Shown one piece after another: positions 38,060 through 47,900 of a stretch of DNA of 64,000 nucleotides. A program made the position numbers and the translations under genes. The notes below the pieces were generated by a model that had not been told where the DNA came from, did not search any database, and saw only the letters and a program-made list of their open reading frames with translations. Position 1 is the first letter of the stretch. The number at the start of each line of letters is the position of its first letter. The stretch is from Thermoplasmata archaeon (lineage in GTDB: Archaea > Thermoplasmatota > Thermoplasmata > RBG-16-68-12 > JAFNFQ01): assembly GCA_041489255.1 (NCBI GenBank), contig JBGPQV010000008.1, positions 32,917-96,916 on the forward strand. The letters run 5' to 3'.

Positions 38060-39250
38060 CTGGCGTCTCCTCTCGCGATCCTCACGGCGAACCGGGCAAC
38101 GAGGACCTTCGGCTACGGTTTCGCCAGCGTCCTCCTCGGGATCTACCTGAAGCTCCTCGGCGGGGACGATGCCATAGTCGTCGCGTCGCTCGGGATCTCG
38201 CTCCTGGCGGGGGCGGGGCTGAACGTGCTCGTCGGCTACTTCGGCGACAGGTTCGGCCGGCGCAGGGCCATGGTGGCCTTTGGGCTCACGATGTCTCTGG
38301 CGGGCCTCATCTTGGCGGTGGCGCCGTCGTTCCACTTTGCGCTGATTGCCCTCTTCTTCGGGGCGATGAGTCCGACAGGAACGGAGGTCAGCCCGTTCCT
38401 CTCGATCGAGCAGTCGATCGTCGCGGAGGTTGCCAAGGCGGGAAAGCGGACCAGAGCGTTCGCGGTCTACAACCTCTCGGGCACCCTGAGCGCCGCGATA
38501 GGTGCCCTGGCCAGCGGCATCCCGACGCTGCTGGCGGGTGGCGCGTTGACCTCACCCGATCCTCTGCGCCCCATGTTCGCGGTCTATTCGGTGCTCGGAC
38601 TCGTTGCGGCGGTCTTGAGCCGCATGCTGCCCGCGCAGGTAGAGATAGGACAGGAGCCTTCGCGCGTCCCTCTCTCGCCTCTTTCGAAATCCCGGATAAC
38701 AAGGATGTCTTCTCTGTTCGCCGTCGACGCCTTCGCTGGCGGGTTCGTGCTCCAGAGCTTCATCTCTCTGTGGTTCTACACCGTGTATCCTGAGTCCCGA
38801 GACATCCTCGGTCCGATCTTCTTCGTGGCGGGAATCCTGACCGCTTTCTCGTTCCTGCTTGCCGCACGCCTGGGGGAGCGCTTCGGTCTCCTGGAGACTA
38901 TGGTCTTCACTCACATCCCGTCCAGCGTGTTCCTGATCTTGATGCCCTTGGTCCCGGGCTTCCACTTCGCCCTGGCGATCTACCTGTGTCGCATGGCGGT
39001 CTCGCAAATGGATGTGCCTACCAGACAAGCCTACCTCGCCGGCATAGTGGCACGGAAGGAGAGGACCGCTGCCAACGCCGCGACCAACACGGCCCGGAAC
39101 GTCGCGCAATCGCTCGGACCGTTCTCGTCCGGCGCCATCATAACCGCGCTTGGCCTTTCTGTCGCGTTCTTTATCAGCGGCGGGTTGAAGATCGTCTATG
39201 ACCTAACCACCTACGCGACATTCCGCCATGTCCGACCGACGGAAACGTGA
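38060..39250 (+). CDS. MFS transporter (probable CTG start)
   Basis: Frame is open upstream of the called start: LASPLAILTANRATRTFGYGFASVLLGIYL; GDRFGRRR MFS motif A; MVFTHIPS..QMDVPTRQAY. Confidence 0.88.
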   Translation: MASPLAILTANRATRTFGYGFASVLLGIYLKLLGGDDAIVVASLGISLLAGAGLNVLVGYFGDRFGRRRAMVAFGLTMSLAGLILAVAPSFHFALIALFFGAMSPTGTEVSPFLSIEQSIVAEVAKAGKRTRAFAVYNLSGTLSAAIGALASGIPTLLAGGALTSPDPLRPMFAVYSVLGLVAAVLSRMLPAQVEIGQEPSRVPLSPLSKSRITRMSSLFAVDAFAGGFVLQSFISLWFYTVYPESRDILGPIFFVAGILTAFSFLLAARLGERFGLLETMVFTHIPSSVFLILMPLVPGFHFALAIYLCRMAVSQMDVPTRQAYLAGIVARKERTAANAATNTARNVAQSLGPFSSGAIITALGLSVAFFISGGLKIVYDLTTYATFRHVRPTET

Positions 39251-39353
39251 GTCGGTCCACTCCCTGCTCGACAGAGAGCTACCGCCAGAGTCAACGTGCC
39301 AAACGACGCAACGTTAAGTACGAGGACTATCTCTTTTTTGATAGGTCGATTAA

Positions 39354-39602
39354 ATGATGCGAAGCCCCATACGCAGCTTCTCTTTCGCCGGCATCATCTT
39401 CGGCGTGTTCGTTCTGGTCATAGGCATACTCTTCTTGCTGGTGAACCAGGGCGTCATCCCGATCCGATTCGACCTCTGGACGGTCTGTTCGCTCCTGCTC
39501 GTCATGCTCGGGTTCCTCATCATAGGAGGGAGCATTTACGCGCACAGGAGCATGCGCGGCCGATGGCGCCGCTGGGCCGAGGGCTTCGAGAAGGACTTCT
39601 GA
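39354..39602 (+). CDS. Small 2-TM membrane protein
   Basis: GIIFGVFVLVIGILFLLVNQGVI..LWTV..LLLVMLGFLII. Confidence 0.7.
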   Translation: MMRSPIRSFSFAGIIFGVFVLVIGILFLLVNQGVIPIRFDLWTVCSLLLVMLGFLIIGGSIYAHRSMRGRWRRWAEGFEKDF

Positions 39603-39606
39603 GAAG

Positions 39607-39680
39607 TGGACCGGCTGGGATTTGAACCCAGGGCCTTCTGCTTGCAAAGCAGACGATCTTCCAGGCTGATCTACCGGCCC
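39607..39680 (-). tRNA. tRNA-Ala(UGC)
   Basis: GGGCCGG..TCTGC-TTTGCAA-GCAGA..GGGTTCAAATCCC..CCGGTCCA; G3-U70 present. Confidence 0.97.
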
Positions 39681-39805
39681 GCGGGGGGAACGAATCCCAA
39701 CGGGGTAGATAAGCTTCTGCGGTCAGGGTGGGAATCGATATCTGGACCGCAAAATCCTTATCTCAAGTACCGCCGTATTGCCTTGGGCGGGAAGGAGTAC
39801 ATCTC

Positions 39806-42622
39806 ATGAAGCTGGCAGCGACACTCATCATCTGTATTCTGGTCTTCTCGGCGAGCCTCATCCTGCCAGGGCGATCTTCGGCGGGGCCGCAACGGCAACC
39901 TGCATTCCCGTACAACGACGCGCTCGTCCGACCTCGCGACCCGGCGTCCGGCCCCGCGCCGATGGCGAGCGCCCCTCCGGCGCCAGGGCCCGATGACCTG
40001 AGCGAGTACTTCATGGGCAAGGTGGCGGTCGGCGTCGTCCTCCTCGAGAGCGATGGATCGATCGACCCCAGCACAGAGGACTGGGACGCCTTCAGGCAGG
40101 ACGAGGTCAGGACACAGATCGAGGCGGGCCTGACGTGGTGGACGCAGCAGGACCTGCGTGCCAAGCTCAGCTTCACCTTCGAGTACCACATGTCGGTCCC
40201 AACCGGCTACGAGCCGATCAACCACAACGGCCCCTTCGACGAGTACCTGTGGATCAATGACGCGATGTCACACCTGGGCTACACCACCGGCGACGAATAC
40301 ACGAGGGTCTCGGACTGGTCCAATTACCTGAGGAGCTCCTACAATGCGGACTGGGCGTTCGCCATATTCGTCGTTGACAGCCTGAACGATGCGGACGGCT
40401 CGTTCACGACGGGCTACTGCGCCTACGCCTATCTCGGCGGGCCTTTCTTCATCATGACCTACGACAACGACGGCTACAGCATCGCGAACATGAACTACGT
40501 CGCGGCCCACGAGATGGCGCACATCTTCTACGCAACCGACGAGTACAACGGCGCGACCGAGCGCAGCGGCTACCTCAACGTCGCCGATATCGAGGGGAGC
40601 GGCTGCATAATGAATACTGGTAATTCGTGGTGCATCTCCGACGGCACGATCGGGCAGCTCGGATGGCGGGACACGGATGGAGACGACATCTTCGACATAC
40701 TCGACGAACCGCCGACGACGTTCCTGAACCCCTACTCGCCGGATCCCACGAACAACACGTCCCCATCCTATGTGGGGATCGCGAAGGTCGTGGCCTACAC
40801 GAACCGGAATCCCTATGGACCGGGGAACGACGTGACCATCAGCAAGATCACCGGCGCGCAGTTCTCGTTCGATGCGAGCCCATGGTTCATCGCGCAGGCC
40901 ACGGACGGATTGTTCAACAGCGAGAGCGAGGGCTTCAGGTTCATGACGTCGTCGCTCACGAGCGGAACCTACACATTCCATGCCAGGGCGGTCAACTCCG
41001 AGAACAACGTGGACATCGCCCCGCCATCGGACACGCTGACGATCGATGCCGAGAAGCCGGCGTCTGCGATGATGCCTTTCCAATCTATCGTGAACACGTC
41101 CCTGTTCAACCTCTCTGCAGACGCATCGGACAACCTCGGCGTGCAGTACGTTGACCTCTATTACTCGTACGAAGGCGGGTCGCCTCTGTGGTTCGACACG
41201 GTCACGGTCGCCCCATACAACTGGACCGTGTACACCGCCGCGATGGGTGGGGACGGGAACTACAGCTTCTACAGCATTGCGGTGGACGTGGCGGGCAACT
41301 GGGAAGACCCGCCAGCGGTGCCGGACCTGAACGTCCTCGTGGACACGATCAATCCAACATCCATGCTCGACTCGCTGCCGCCATACATCAATCAGAGCTC
41401 GTTCGCCATCACAGCCCACCCCGCAGACCGGAACGGAATCTCATCCATGGAGATCTGGATGGATTACCAATCGACCGGGATGCAGCTGCTCGCGACTCTG
41501 GACTCACCGCCGTGGGACTATTCCGTCGACGCCACGATGAACGGCGACGGTCACTACGTCTTCTACACCAGAGCGACGGACATCGCGGGCAACGTCGAAT
41601 CGCAGCACGCGCTGCCCGATGCGACGACCATCGTCGACACGACACCGCCCATCGCGGCGGCGATCGCCCTGTCGCAGTACAAGAACACGATGGGCTTCAG
41701 CGTCACCGCGACGGCCTCGGATTTGAACGGCGTGGATTCCGTGGCACTCTGGTTCAGGAGGAACGGGGGCACATGGACGCTGTTCTCCGAGAAGTCGGCG
41801 GCGCCATGGATCTGGGACTTCGACGCCTCGACCAGCGGGGAAGGCACCTACGAGTTCGTCACGATGGCGGTGGACAACGCTGGCAACATGGAGCAATGGC
41901 CCTCCAGCGCGGAGGCAACGACCATGGTGGACGTCACATCGCCAACGATCGATTTCACCGCGCCGGCCGTGGGAGTCTGGATTGACGAGTCACACGTGAC
42001 TGTCCGATGGACAGGGTTCGATGCGCTTTCCGGCCTGAAGGAATACCGCCTGCAGATCGGCGGCAACGTCTGGACATTGGCTGGTTCGTCTACGCAGTAC
42101 AATGTGGACTGGATAGATGATGGCGTTCAAACGGCCATGCTCACCGCGTGGGACAACGCGGGCAACTCAGCCTCGGAGCAGATGAGCCTCATGATAGACA
42201 CGACGCCGCCGGAACTGCAGTTCGAGACGCCTGACGATGGCGGTTCGGTCGATTCTCCAGCGAACGTCACCTGGCGGGGAACTGACGCGACATCGGGAAT
42301 CGACTTCTGCGAGTACGGCGTCGACGGCGGGCAAATGGTCGCGGTCGGCGCGAGCGTGACTGCAATCCTCGACCTCGGACCGGGCGATCATGCAGTCATC
42401 GTCTTAGCACATGACCGCGCAGGGAACTCGAAGTCGGCGACCATATCATTCACCGTTCGTGACTCGTCAACGATTGCGTCGCTGGATGTTCTCCTTCCCG
42501 CCATTCTGATCATCGTTGTGGCGATTACGATTATCCTCCTGTTCGTGCTCAAGAGGAGAAAGAAGAAAGAAGAAGAAAAGAACGCTCCGTTGCCGCCGCC
42601 GCCCCCTCCGCCGCCAATGTGA
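39806..42622 (+). CDS. Secreted zincin-type metalloprotease with tandem Ig-like domains and TM anchor
   Basis: Signal peptide; AAHEMAHIFYATDEY; GCIM Met-turn-like; repeated A(V/T)DxAGNxE..VDTTPP; C-terminal TM + KRRKKK. Confidence 0.88.
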   Translation: MKLAATLIICILVFSASLILPGRSSAGPQRQPAFPYNDALVRPRDPASGPAPMASAPPAPGPDDLSEYFMGKVAVGVVLLESDGSIDPSTEDWDAFRQDEVRTQIEAGLTWWTQQDLRAKLSFTFEYHMSVPTGYEPINHNGPFDEYLWINDAMSHLGYTTGDEYTRVSDWSNYLRSSYNADWAFAIFVVDSLNDADGSFTTGYCAYAYLGGPFFIMTYDNDGYSIANMNYVAAHEMAHIFYATDEYNGATERSGYLNVADIEGSGCIMNTGNSWCISDGTIGQLGWRDTDGDDIFDILDEPPTTFLNPYSPDPTNNTSPSYVGIAKVVAYTNRNPYGPGNDVTISKITGAQFSFDASPWFIAQATDGLFNSESEGFRFMTSSLTSGTYTFHARAVNSENNVDIAPPSDTLTIDAEKPASAMMPFQSIVNTSLFNLSADASDNLGVQYVDLYYSYEGGSPLWFDTVTVAPYNWTVYTAAMGGDGNYSFYSIAVDVAGNWEDPPAVPDLNVLVDTINPTSMLDSLPPYINQSSFAITAHPADRNGISSMEIWMDYQSTGMQLLATLDSPPWDYSVDATMNGDGHYVFYTRATDIAGNVESQHALPDATTIVDTTPPIAAAIALSQYKNTMGFSVTATASDLNGVDSVALWFRRNGGTWTLFSEKSAAPWIWDFDASTSGEGTYEFVTMAVDNAGNMEQWPSSAEATTMVDVTSPTIDFTAPAVGVWIDESHVTVRWTGFDALSGLKEYRLQIGGNVWTLAGSSTQYNVDWIDDGVQTAMLTAWDNAGNSASEQMSLMIDTTPPELQFETPDDGGSVDSPANVTWRGTDATSGIDFCEYGVDGGQMVAVGASVTAILDLGPGDHAVIVLAHDRAGNSKSATISFTVRDSSTIASLDVLLPAILIIVVAITIILLFVLKRRKKKEEEKNAPLPPPPPPPPM

Positions 42623-42624
42623 GA

Positions 42625-42936
42625 CTAGGACCTGAGCACGATCTCGATGTTGACGCCGTCGGGGACCTGTATCCTCATGAGCTGCCTCAGCGCCCTCTCG
42701 TCGGCGTCGAGCTCGATGAGCCTCTTGTGCACGCGCATCTCCCACCTGTCCCAGGTCTCGCTGCCCTCGCCGTCGGGGCTCTTCCTCACAGGCACGACGA
42801 GCCTCTTCGTCGGCAGGGGCACGGGCCCACTCATGTCGACGCCGGTGCGCTGACTGATCGCCTTGATCTGCCTGCACACGTCATCGACCTTGCGGGGGTC
42901 GGTGCCGCTTAGCGAGATTCTAGCCTTCTGCGGCAT
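42625..42936 (-). CDS. rpsJ: 30S ribosomal protein S10
   Basis: [30 protein letters not shown]. Confidence 0.98.
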   Translation of the reverse strand: MPQKARISLSGTDPRKVDDVCRQIKAISQRTGVDMSGPVPLPTKRLVVPVRKSPDGEGSETWDRWEMRVHKRLIELDADERALRQLMRIQVPDGVNIEIVLRS

Positions 42937-42976
42937 CTACACACACCAAGCCCCGAGACTGACCTGACCGTGCACT

Positions 42977-44248
42977 TCAGCGCTTCTCCACTTCGATGCA
43001 GACGCCTGCAGCGACGGTCTGGCCCATGTCCCTGATAGCGAAACGCGCGAGCGGCGGGAAGTCCGCCTGCTTCTCGATGACCATGGGCTTCGTCGGGCGC
43101 ACCCTGACGCGCGCGGAGTCGCCGGTCTTCAGGAACTCCGGCTTGTCAGGCAGCGCGACGCCCGTCTTCGGGTCGAGCTTCGCAATCAGCTCCTCGAATG
43201 TGCACGCAACCTGCGCGGTGTGGCAGTGGAAGACTGGCGTGTATCCCAACGTGATCACGCTCGGGTGGTTGAGGACGATGATCTGCGCCACGAACGTCTT
43301 CGCCACGGTCGGCGGGTTGTCCACCGGTCCAGCGACGTCCCCGCGCCTGATGTCCTTCTTGTCCACTCCTCTGACGTTGAACCCGACATTGTCTCCAGGC
43401 TCCGCCTGGGCCATGTTCTCGTGGTGCATCTCGATGCTCTTCACTTCGCCGACCTTGTCCGCCGGCTCGAAGATTATCTTGTCGTTCGGCTTGAGGATGC
43501 CCGTCTCTATCCTGCCGACGGGGACGGTCCCGACGCCGGTGATGGAGTAGACGTCCTGCACAGGGATCCTCAGGGGCTTCTCTGTCGGCTTCGCGGGTAC
43601 CTGCAGCGTGTCAAGTGCGGGGACCAGCGACGGCCCCTTGTACCAGGGCATCTTGGAGCTCGACTTCGTGATGTTCTCGCCCTTGTACGAGCTTATCGGG
43701 ATGATCAGCGTCGTGTCGGGCTTGTAGCCTATCGGCTTCAGCAGCGCGCTCACGTCGTTCTTGACCTCGTTGAACCTGGCCTCGTTGTACTCCGGCTTCG
43801 TCGCGTCCATCTTGTTGATGACGACGATCAGCTGGTTCACGCCCAGGGTCCTCGCGAGCCAGACGTGCTCCCTCGTCTGCGTCTGCACTCCCTCGGCCGC
43901 GCCGACCACGAGCACCGCGGCGTCAGCCTGGCTCGTGCCGGTGATCATGTTCTTGACGAAGTCCCTGTGGCCTGGCGCGTCGATGATGGTGAAGTAGTAC
44001 TTGTCCGTGTCAAACCGCTTGTGGGCGATGTCGATGGTGAGGCCCCTCTCCCTCTCCTCCTTCACACGGTCCATGACGAAGGCGAACTCGAACGTGGCCT
44101 TGCCCAATCGCTCGGCCTCTTTCTTCAAGTTCTCCAGTTCGTGGGCCTCGATGTTGCCCGTATCGTACAGGATTCTACCTACAGTCGTCGACTTGCCGTG
44201 GTCCACATGACCGATGAACACTAGGTTCAAGTGCGGCTTGGCTGGCAT
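42977..44248 (-). CDS. tuf: Elongation factor 1-alpha
   Basis: [36 protein letters not shown]. Confidence 0.98.
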   Translation of the reverse strand: MPAKPHLNLVFIGHVDHGKSTTVGRILYDTGNIEAHELENLKKEAERLGKATFEFAFVMDRVKEERERGLTIDIAHKRFDTDKYYFTIIDAPGHRDFVKNMITGTSQADAAVLVVGAAEGVQTQTREHVWLARTLGVNQLIVVINKMDATKPEYNEARFNEVKNDVSALLKPIGYKPDTTLIIPISSYKGENITKSSSKMPWYKGPSLVPALDTLQVPAKPTEKPLRIPVQDVYSITGVGTVPVGRIETGILKPNDKIIFEPADKVGEVKSIEMHHENMAQAEPGDNVGFNVRGVDKKDIRRGDVAGPVDNPPTVAKTFVAQIIVLNHPSVITLGYTPVFHCHTAQVACTFEELIAKLDPKTGVALPDKPEFLKTGDSARVRVRPTKPMVIEKQADFPPLARFAIRDMGQTVAAGVCIEVEKR

Positions 44249-44327
44249 GCTTTTCTCTCCGTAGGCGTCCCTTATCGTCTTGGTCTATTTATGCTTTGCT
44301 TGTTGAGCGGATTCGCTCACCGAGGGA

Positions 44328-46526
44328 CTACGCGGAGTAATAGGCCTCGTCGTACGGCTGGGGGCTCAGGCCCTTGCGCTCGCGGATCTTGCGGACGACC
44401 TCTTCCTGGAGGTTCCCCGGCATCGGCTCGAAGCCAGCGTTCTCGGTCGACCAGAGGACCCTGCCCTGCGTCGCGCTCCTGATCGCGGTCGCGAACCCGA
44501 ACATCTGCGCGACGGGTACGCGTGAAGCGATGACGGTGACCTCGCCCTCCTGGTTGATGTCCTGTATCACGCCGCGTCTGCTCTGGACGTCGCCTATCGC
44601 GGCGCCCATCAGCTCCTGCGGGAGGTTCATGAAGACCTTCTGGATCGGCTCGAGGAGGATGCGCCTGCCCTGGCACATCGCGCCGTATATCGCAGACCTG
44701 ACCGCGGGGATGACCTGCGCGGGGCCGCGGTGCACCGAGTCATCGTGCAGCTTCGCGTCTACGATCCTGACCTTGACGGCCATGCACTTCTCCTGGCCGA
44801 GGGGGCCCTTGGTCATCGCCTCGATGTAGGCCTCCTTGACGAGCTCCATCGTCTCGTGCAGGCTCTGTATCCCCTTGGTCGCGTCGATGAACATGTTGGT
44901 GTCCTGGATCCAGACGACGTCCTTCGCCTCGTCCTTGCTCATGCCGAGTTCCTGCAGCTGCTTCGCCAGCGCCTTGGAGTCCTTGATCCTCTGCTTCGTC
45001 GGTATCGTGCCCTCCAAGATCGCCTTCACCACCGCGGGCTCGAGGGGCTCGACCTCCATGTAGAACCTGTTGTGCTTGTTGGGGGACTTGCCCTCGAAGG
45101 GGCCGCCTTTTCCAGCCACGCACTCCCTGTAGACTACGATCGGTGTGGAGGCGATTATCGGGACCTTGTGGTCGTTGATGATCCTGTACTCCGTGATTTC
45201 CAGGTGCAGTTCGCCCATCCCGGACATCAGGTGCTCGCCGGTCTCCTGGTTGATCTCGACCTCGATGCTCGGGTCGGCCTTGGCAATCGACCTCAGGACG
45301 TCGACCAGCTTCGGCAGGTCCGACGTGCTCTTCGCCTCGATCGCGACAGTCACGACCGGCTCGGAGTAGTGGACGATCCTCTCGAAAGGCTGCATGTTCT
45401 TGTCGTCGGAGACTGTGCTCCCCGCAATCGCGTCCTTCAAGCCGACGCAGGCGACCACGTTCCCCGCCGCTATCTCCTCGACTGGAATCCTGTCCGGACC
45501 GACGATCATCGCGACGGTCTGCACCCTCTGGGGGTTCGGCATCCCTATGACCCAGAGCTCCTGGCCCCTCTTGATCCTCCCGCTGAAGAGCCTGCCCGCC
45601 GCGACCTCGCCCGCGTGCGGGTCGATGATGATCTTGGTGATCATGAAGCCCACGGGGGCGTCCTCCTTGACGTTGAGCATCGCCTTGCCGACCGGCGATT
45701 CGAGGTCACCCTTCCAGATGACCGGTATCCTCGTCTTCTGCGCCTCGAGCGGATTGGGGAGGTGCTTGATCACAGCGTCCAACACAATCTTGTGCAGGGG
45801 TGCGATCTTGCTGAGCTCCTTCTGCGTCCCTTTCTGCAGGTGGTTGTAGACGTCTCTGAACGTGATGCCGGACCTCTTCATGAACGGCACGGAGATGGCC
45901 CACTTGTGGAACGCGGAGCCGAACAGCACGTTGCCGCTCTCCACGTTCAGCTTCCACTTCTCCTTGAGGTCGTCGGGAAGCAACTTCAGGATCCTGGTGT
46001 TGATCTCCGTGATGATCTTGACGAAGCGCTGCTGCATCTCGTCCGGCCCGACCTTCAGCTCGTTGATCAGGCGGTCGACCTTGTTGATGAAGAGCATCGG
46101 CCTGACGCGCTCCTTGATCGCCTGGCGGATGACCGTCTCCGTCTGAGGCATGATGCCCTCGACCGCGTCGTCAAGGATGATGACGCCGTCTATCGCTCTC
46201 ATCGCCCTGGTCACGTCGCCTCCGAAGTCGACGTGGCCCGGTGTGTCGATCAGGTTCACGAGGTACTGCTTGCCCTCGTACTCGTGAACCATTGAAGCGA
46301 TGGCGGCATTGATTGTGATCCCCCTGGCCTGCTCCTGCTCGTCGTAGTCCATGAAGAGCTGCTGGCCCGCCAGCTCCTCGCTCATCATGCCCGCCCCTGC
46401 GATGAGGGAGTCGCTCAGCGTGGTCTTGCCGTGGTCGATGTGCGCGGCGGTGCCGATGTTGCGGATGTACTCCTTCTTGTGAATCAGCGTCTCCGCTTTC
46501 TTTATGTTGTCCTCTTTGCGTCCCAT
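44328..46526 (-). CDS. fusA: Elongation factor 2
   Basis: AHIDHGKTT, DTPGHVDFGGDVTRAMR, diphthamide-site HRGPAQ. Confidence 0.98.
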   Translation of the reverse strand: MGRKEDNIKKAETLIHKKEYIRNIGTAAHIDHGKTTLSDSLIAGAGMMSEELAGQQLFMDYDEQEQARGITINAAIASMVHEYEGKQYLVNLIDTPGHVDFGGDVTRAMRAIDGVIILDDAVEGIMPQTETVIRQAIKERVRPMLFINKVDRLINELKVGPDEMQQRFVKIITEINTRILKLLPDDLKEKWKLNVESGNVLFGSAFHKWAISVPFMKRSGITFRDVYNHLQKGTQKELSKIAPLHKIVLDAVIKHLPNPLEAQKTRIPVIWKGDLESPVGKAMLNVKEDAPVGFMITKIIIDPHAGEVAAGRLFSGRIKRGQELWVIGMPNPQRVQTVAMIVGPDRIPVEEIAAGNVVACVGLKDAIAGSTVSDDKNMQPFERIVHYSEPVVTVAIEAKSTSDLPKLVDVLRSIAKADPSIEVEINQETGEHLMSGMGELHLEITEYRIINDHKVPIIASTPIVVYRECVAGKGGPFEGKSPNKHNRFYMEVEPLEPAVVKAILEGTIPTKQRIKDSKALAKQLQELGMSKDEAKDVVWIQDTNMFIDATKGIQSLHETMELVKEAYIEAMTKGPLGQEKCMAVKVRIVDAKLHDDSVHRGPAQVIPAVRSAIYGAMCQGRRILLEPIQKVFMNLPQELMGAAIGDVQSRRGVIQDINQEGEVTVIASRVPVAQMFGFATAIRSATQGRVLWSTENAGFEPMPGNLQEEVVRKIRERKGLSPQPYDEAYYSA

Positions 46527-46587
46527 GGGAATCACCAGACTAACTTGCTGAAATGTATAAACCTTTTTGGAGCCCCGCCGGCGGCCT

Positions 46588-47346
46588 CTAACGGGCCGAC
46601 GACGCCACCCGCTCCATCTCCTCCTTCCTCGTGATCGCGGCGGAGCTCATGTCGCCCTTCGCCGCAGCAAGTATCTCGTCGGCCAGGCACTCGTGGATCG
46701 GCTTCACGTTCTTGAAGGAGGACTGTACAGCTCCCTGGCAGATGCTCCTGAGGGCGACGTCGAGCCTGCGGGAGGGTGCTATGTCGACGGCCTTGGGCAC
46801 CGAAATGCCGCCGTACTTCAGGCGGGTGACCTCCTCGCGCGGCGCCGCCTTCTCGAGCGCGTCGACCATGACCTGGATGGGGTTGGCCTTCGCCTTCTTC
46901 TCTATTGATTCCATTGCCATGCGGACCGCCTTGTAGGCCTTCGACTTCTTGCCCGTGTAGACCTCGGTGCGCATCATGTTGTTGATGAAACGCTCGACGA
47001 TGTTCGTCTTCGCCTTTCCGAAGGGCTTGTTCGCATACCTGCCGCCCGTGTGCGGGATGACTATCGGCGTGAGGTTGATGTAGTGGCTGAGCCCCGCGTC
47101 GTGGACCACGACCTCGGAGATGTCCCACCTGTCGAAGATCAGCATCTTCATCGGGGGCTTCTTCTTCGGCTTCTTCTCCTTGACCGGCTTCGCTTCCTTG
47201 GGCTCGCCCTCCGGTGGCGGTGCTTCTCCCTCGGGTGGCGGCGGCGGGGTCGGCTCCTCTGCGGCCTCCGCTGGCGGTGGCGGCGGTGGCGTCTCGGGAG
47301 TCTCTTTGACCTCTCCTTCGACCGCCGGTTTCTCTTCTCCCTCCAT
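46588..47346 (-). CDS. rps7: 30S ribosomal protein S7 with Pro/Glu-rich N-terminal extension
   Basis: PHTGGR, APREEVTR, VDIAPSRRLD, KEEMERVASSAR. Confidence 0.96.
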   Translation of the reverse strand: MEGEEKPAVEGEVKETPETPPPPPPAEAAEEPTPPPPPEGEAPPPEGEPKEAKPVKEKKPKKKPPMKMLIFDRWDISEVVVHDAGLSHYINLTPIVIPHTGGRYANKPFGKAKTNIVERFINNMMRTEVYTGKKSKAYKAVRMAMESIEKKAKANPIQVMVDALEKAAPREEVTRLKYGGISVPKAVDIAPSRRLDVALRSICQGAVQSSFKNVKPIHECLADEILAAAKGDMSSAAITRKEEMERVASSAR

Positions 47347-47351
47347 CTGAC

Positions 47352-47789
47352 TCACCTCACCGGCTTCTCCTTCCTGCCGCGGACGAGCTCGTCCAGGGAA
47401 ACGTCGTTGACCTTGATGACCTTGAACCGCACCCCGGGGATGTCCCCGTAGGACCGCCCCATCCTCCCGCCGATCCCCTCCACGAGGACCTCGTCGTGCT
47501 CGTCGATGAAGTTGATCGCGCCGTCGCCGACGGCGAAGGCGGTGATCTGCCGCCCGTTCTTGATGAGCTGCAGCTTGACGCACTTCCTCAGCGCGGAGTT
47601 GGGCTGCTTCGCCTCTATCGCGACCTTCTCCAGGACTATGCCTTTCGCCTGCGCCGCGCCTTCCAGCGGGTCGGACTTCTCCTTGAGGTGAAGGGCCCGC
47701 CTCTTGTAGTACCTGCTCGACCAGCGATACTTCTGCCGGTCCCGGGAAAGCTTCCTTGCGGCGCCTAGACCTCTAGCCAATACGCTCAC
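47352..47789 (-). CDS. rps12: 30S ribosomal protein S12
   Basis: [20 protein letters not shown]. Confidence 0.98.
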   Translation of the reverse strand: MSVLARGLGAARKLSRDRQKYRWSSRYYKRRALHLKEKSDPLEGAAQAKGIVLEKVAIEAKQPNSALRKCVKLQLIKNGRQITAFAVGDGAINFIDEHDEVLVEGIGGRMGRSYGDIPGVRFKVIKVNDVSLDELVRGRKEKPVR

Positions 47790-47900
47790 TCCATGGGTGG
47801 TGCAGAGTCTAAGTGAGGAGTCCTATTTAAGCGTAATTAATCAGGCCAGGGGACGGGGCTATTGTTGAGAGGCGAGGGACATCGATCGTCCATGCCGTAG

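Noticed and set aside
35472-46295. Long antisense ORFs (e.g. 35472-37286, 43220-44224, 44730-46295)
   Set aside because: Shadow ORFs caused by high GC3 in well-identified genes on the opposite strand
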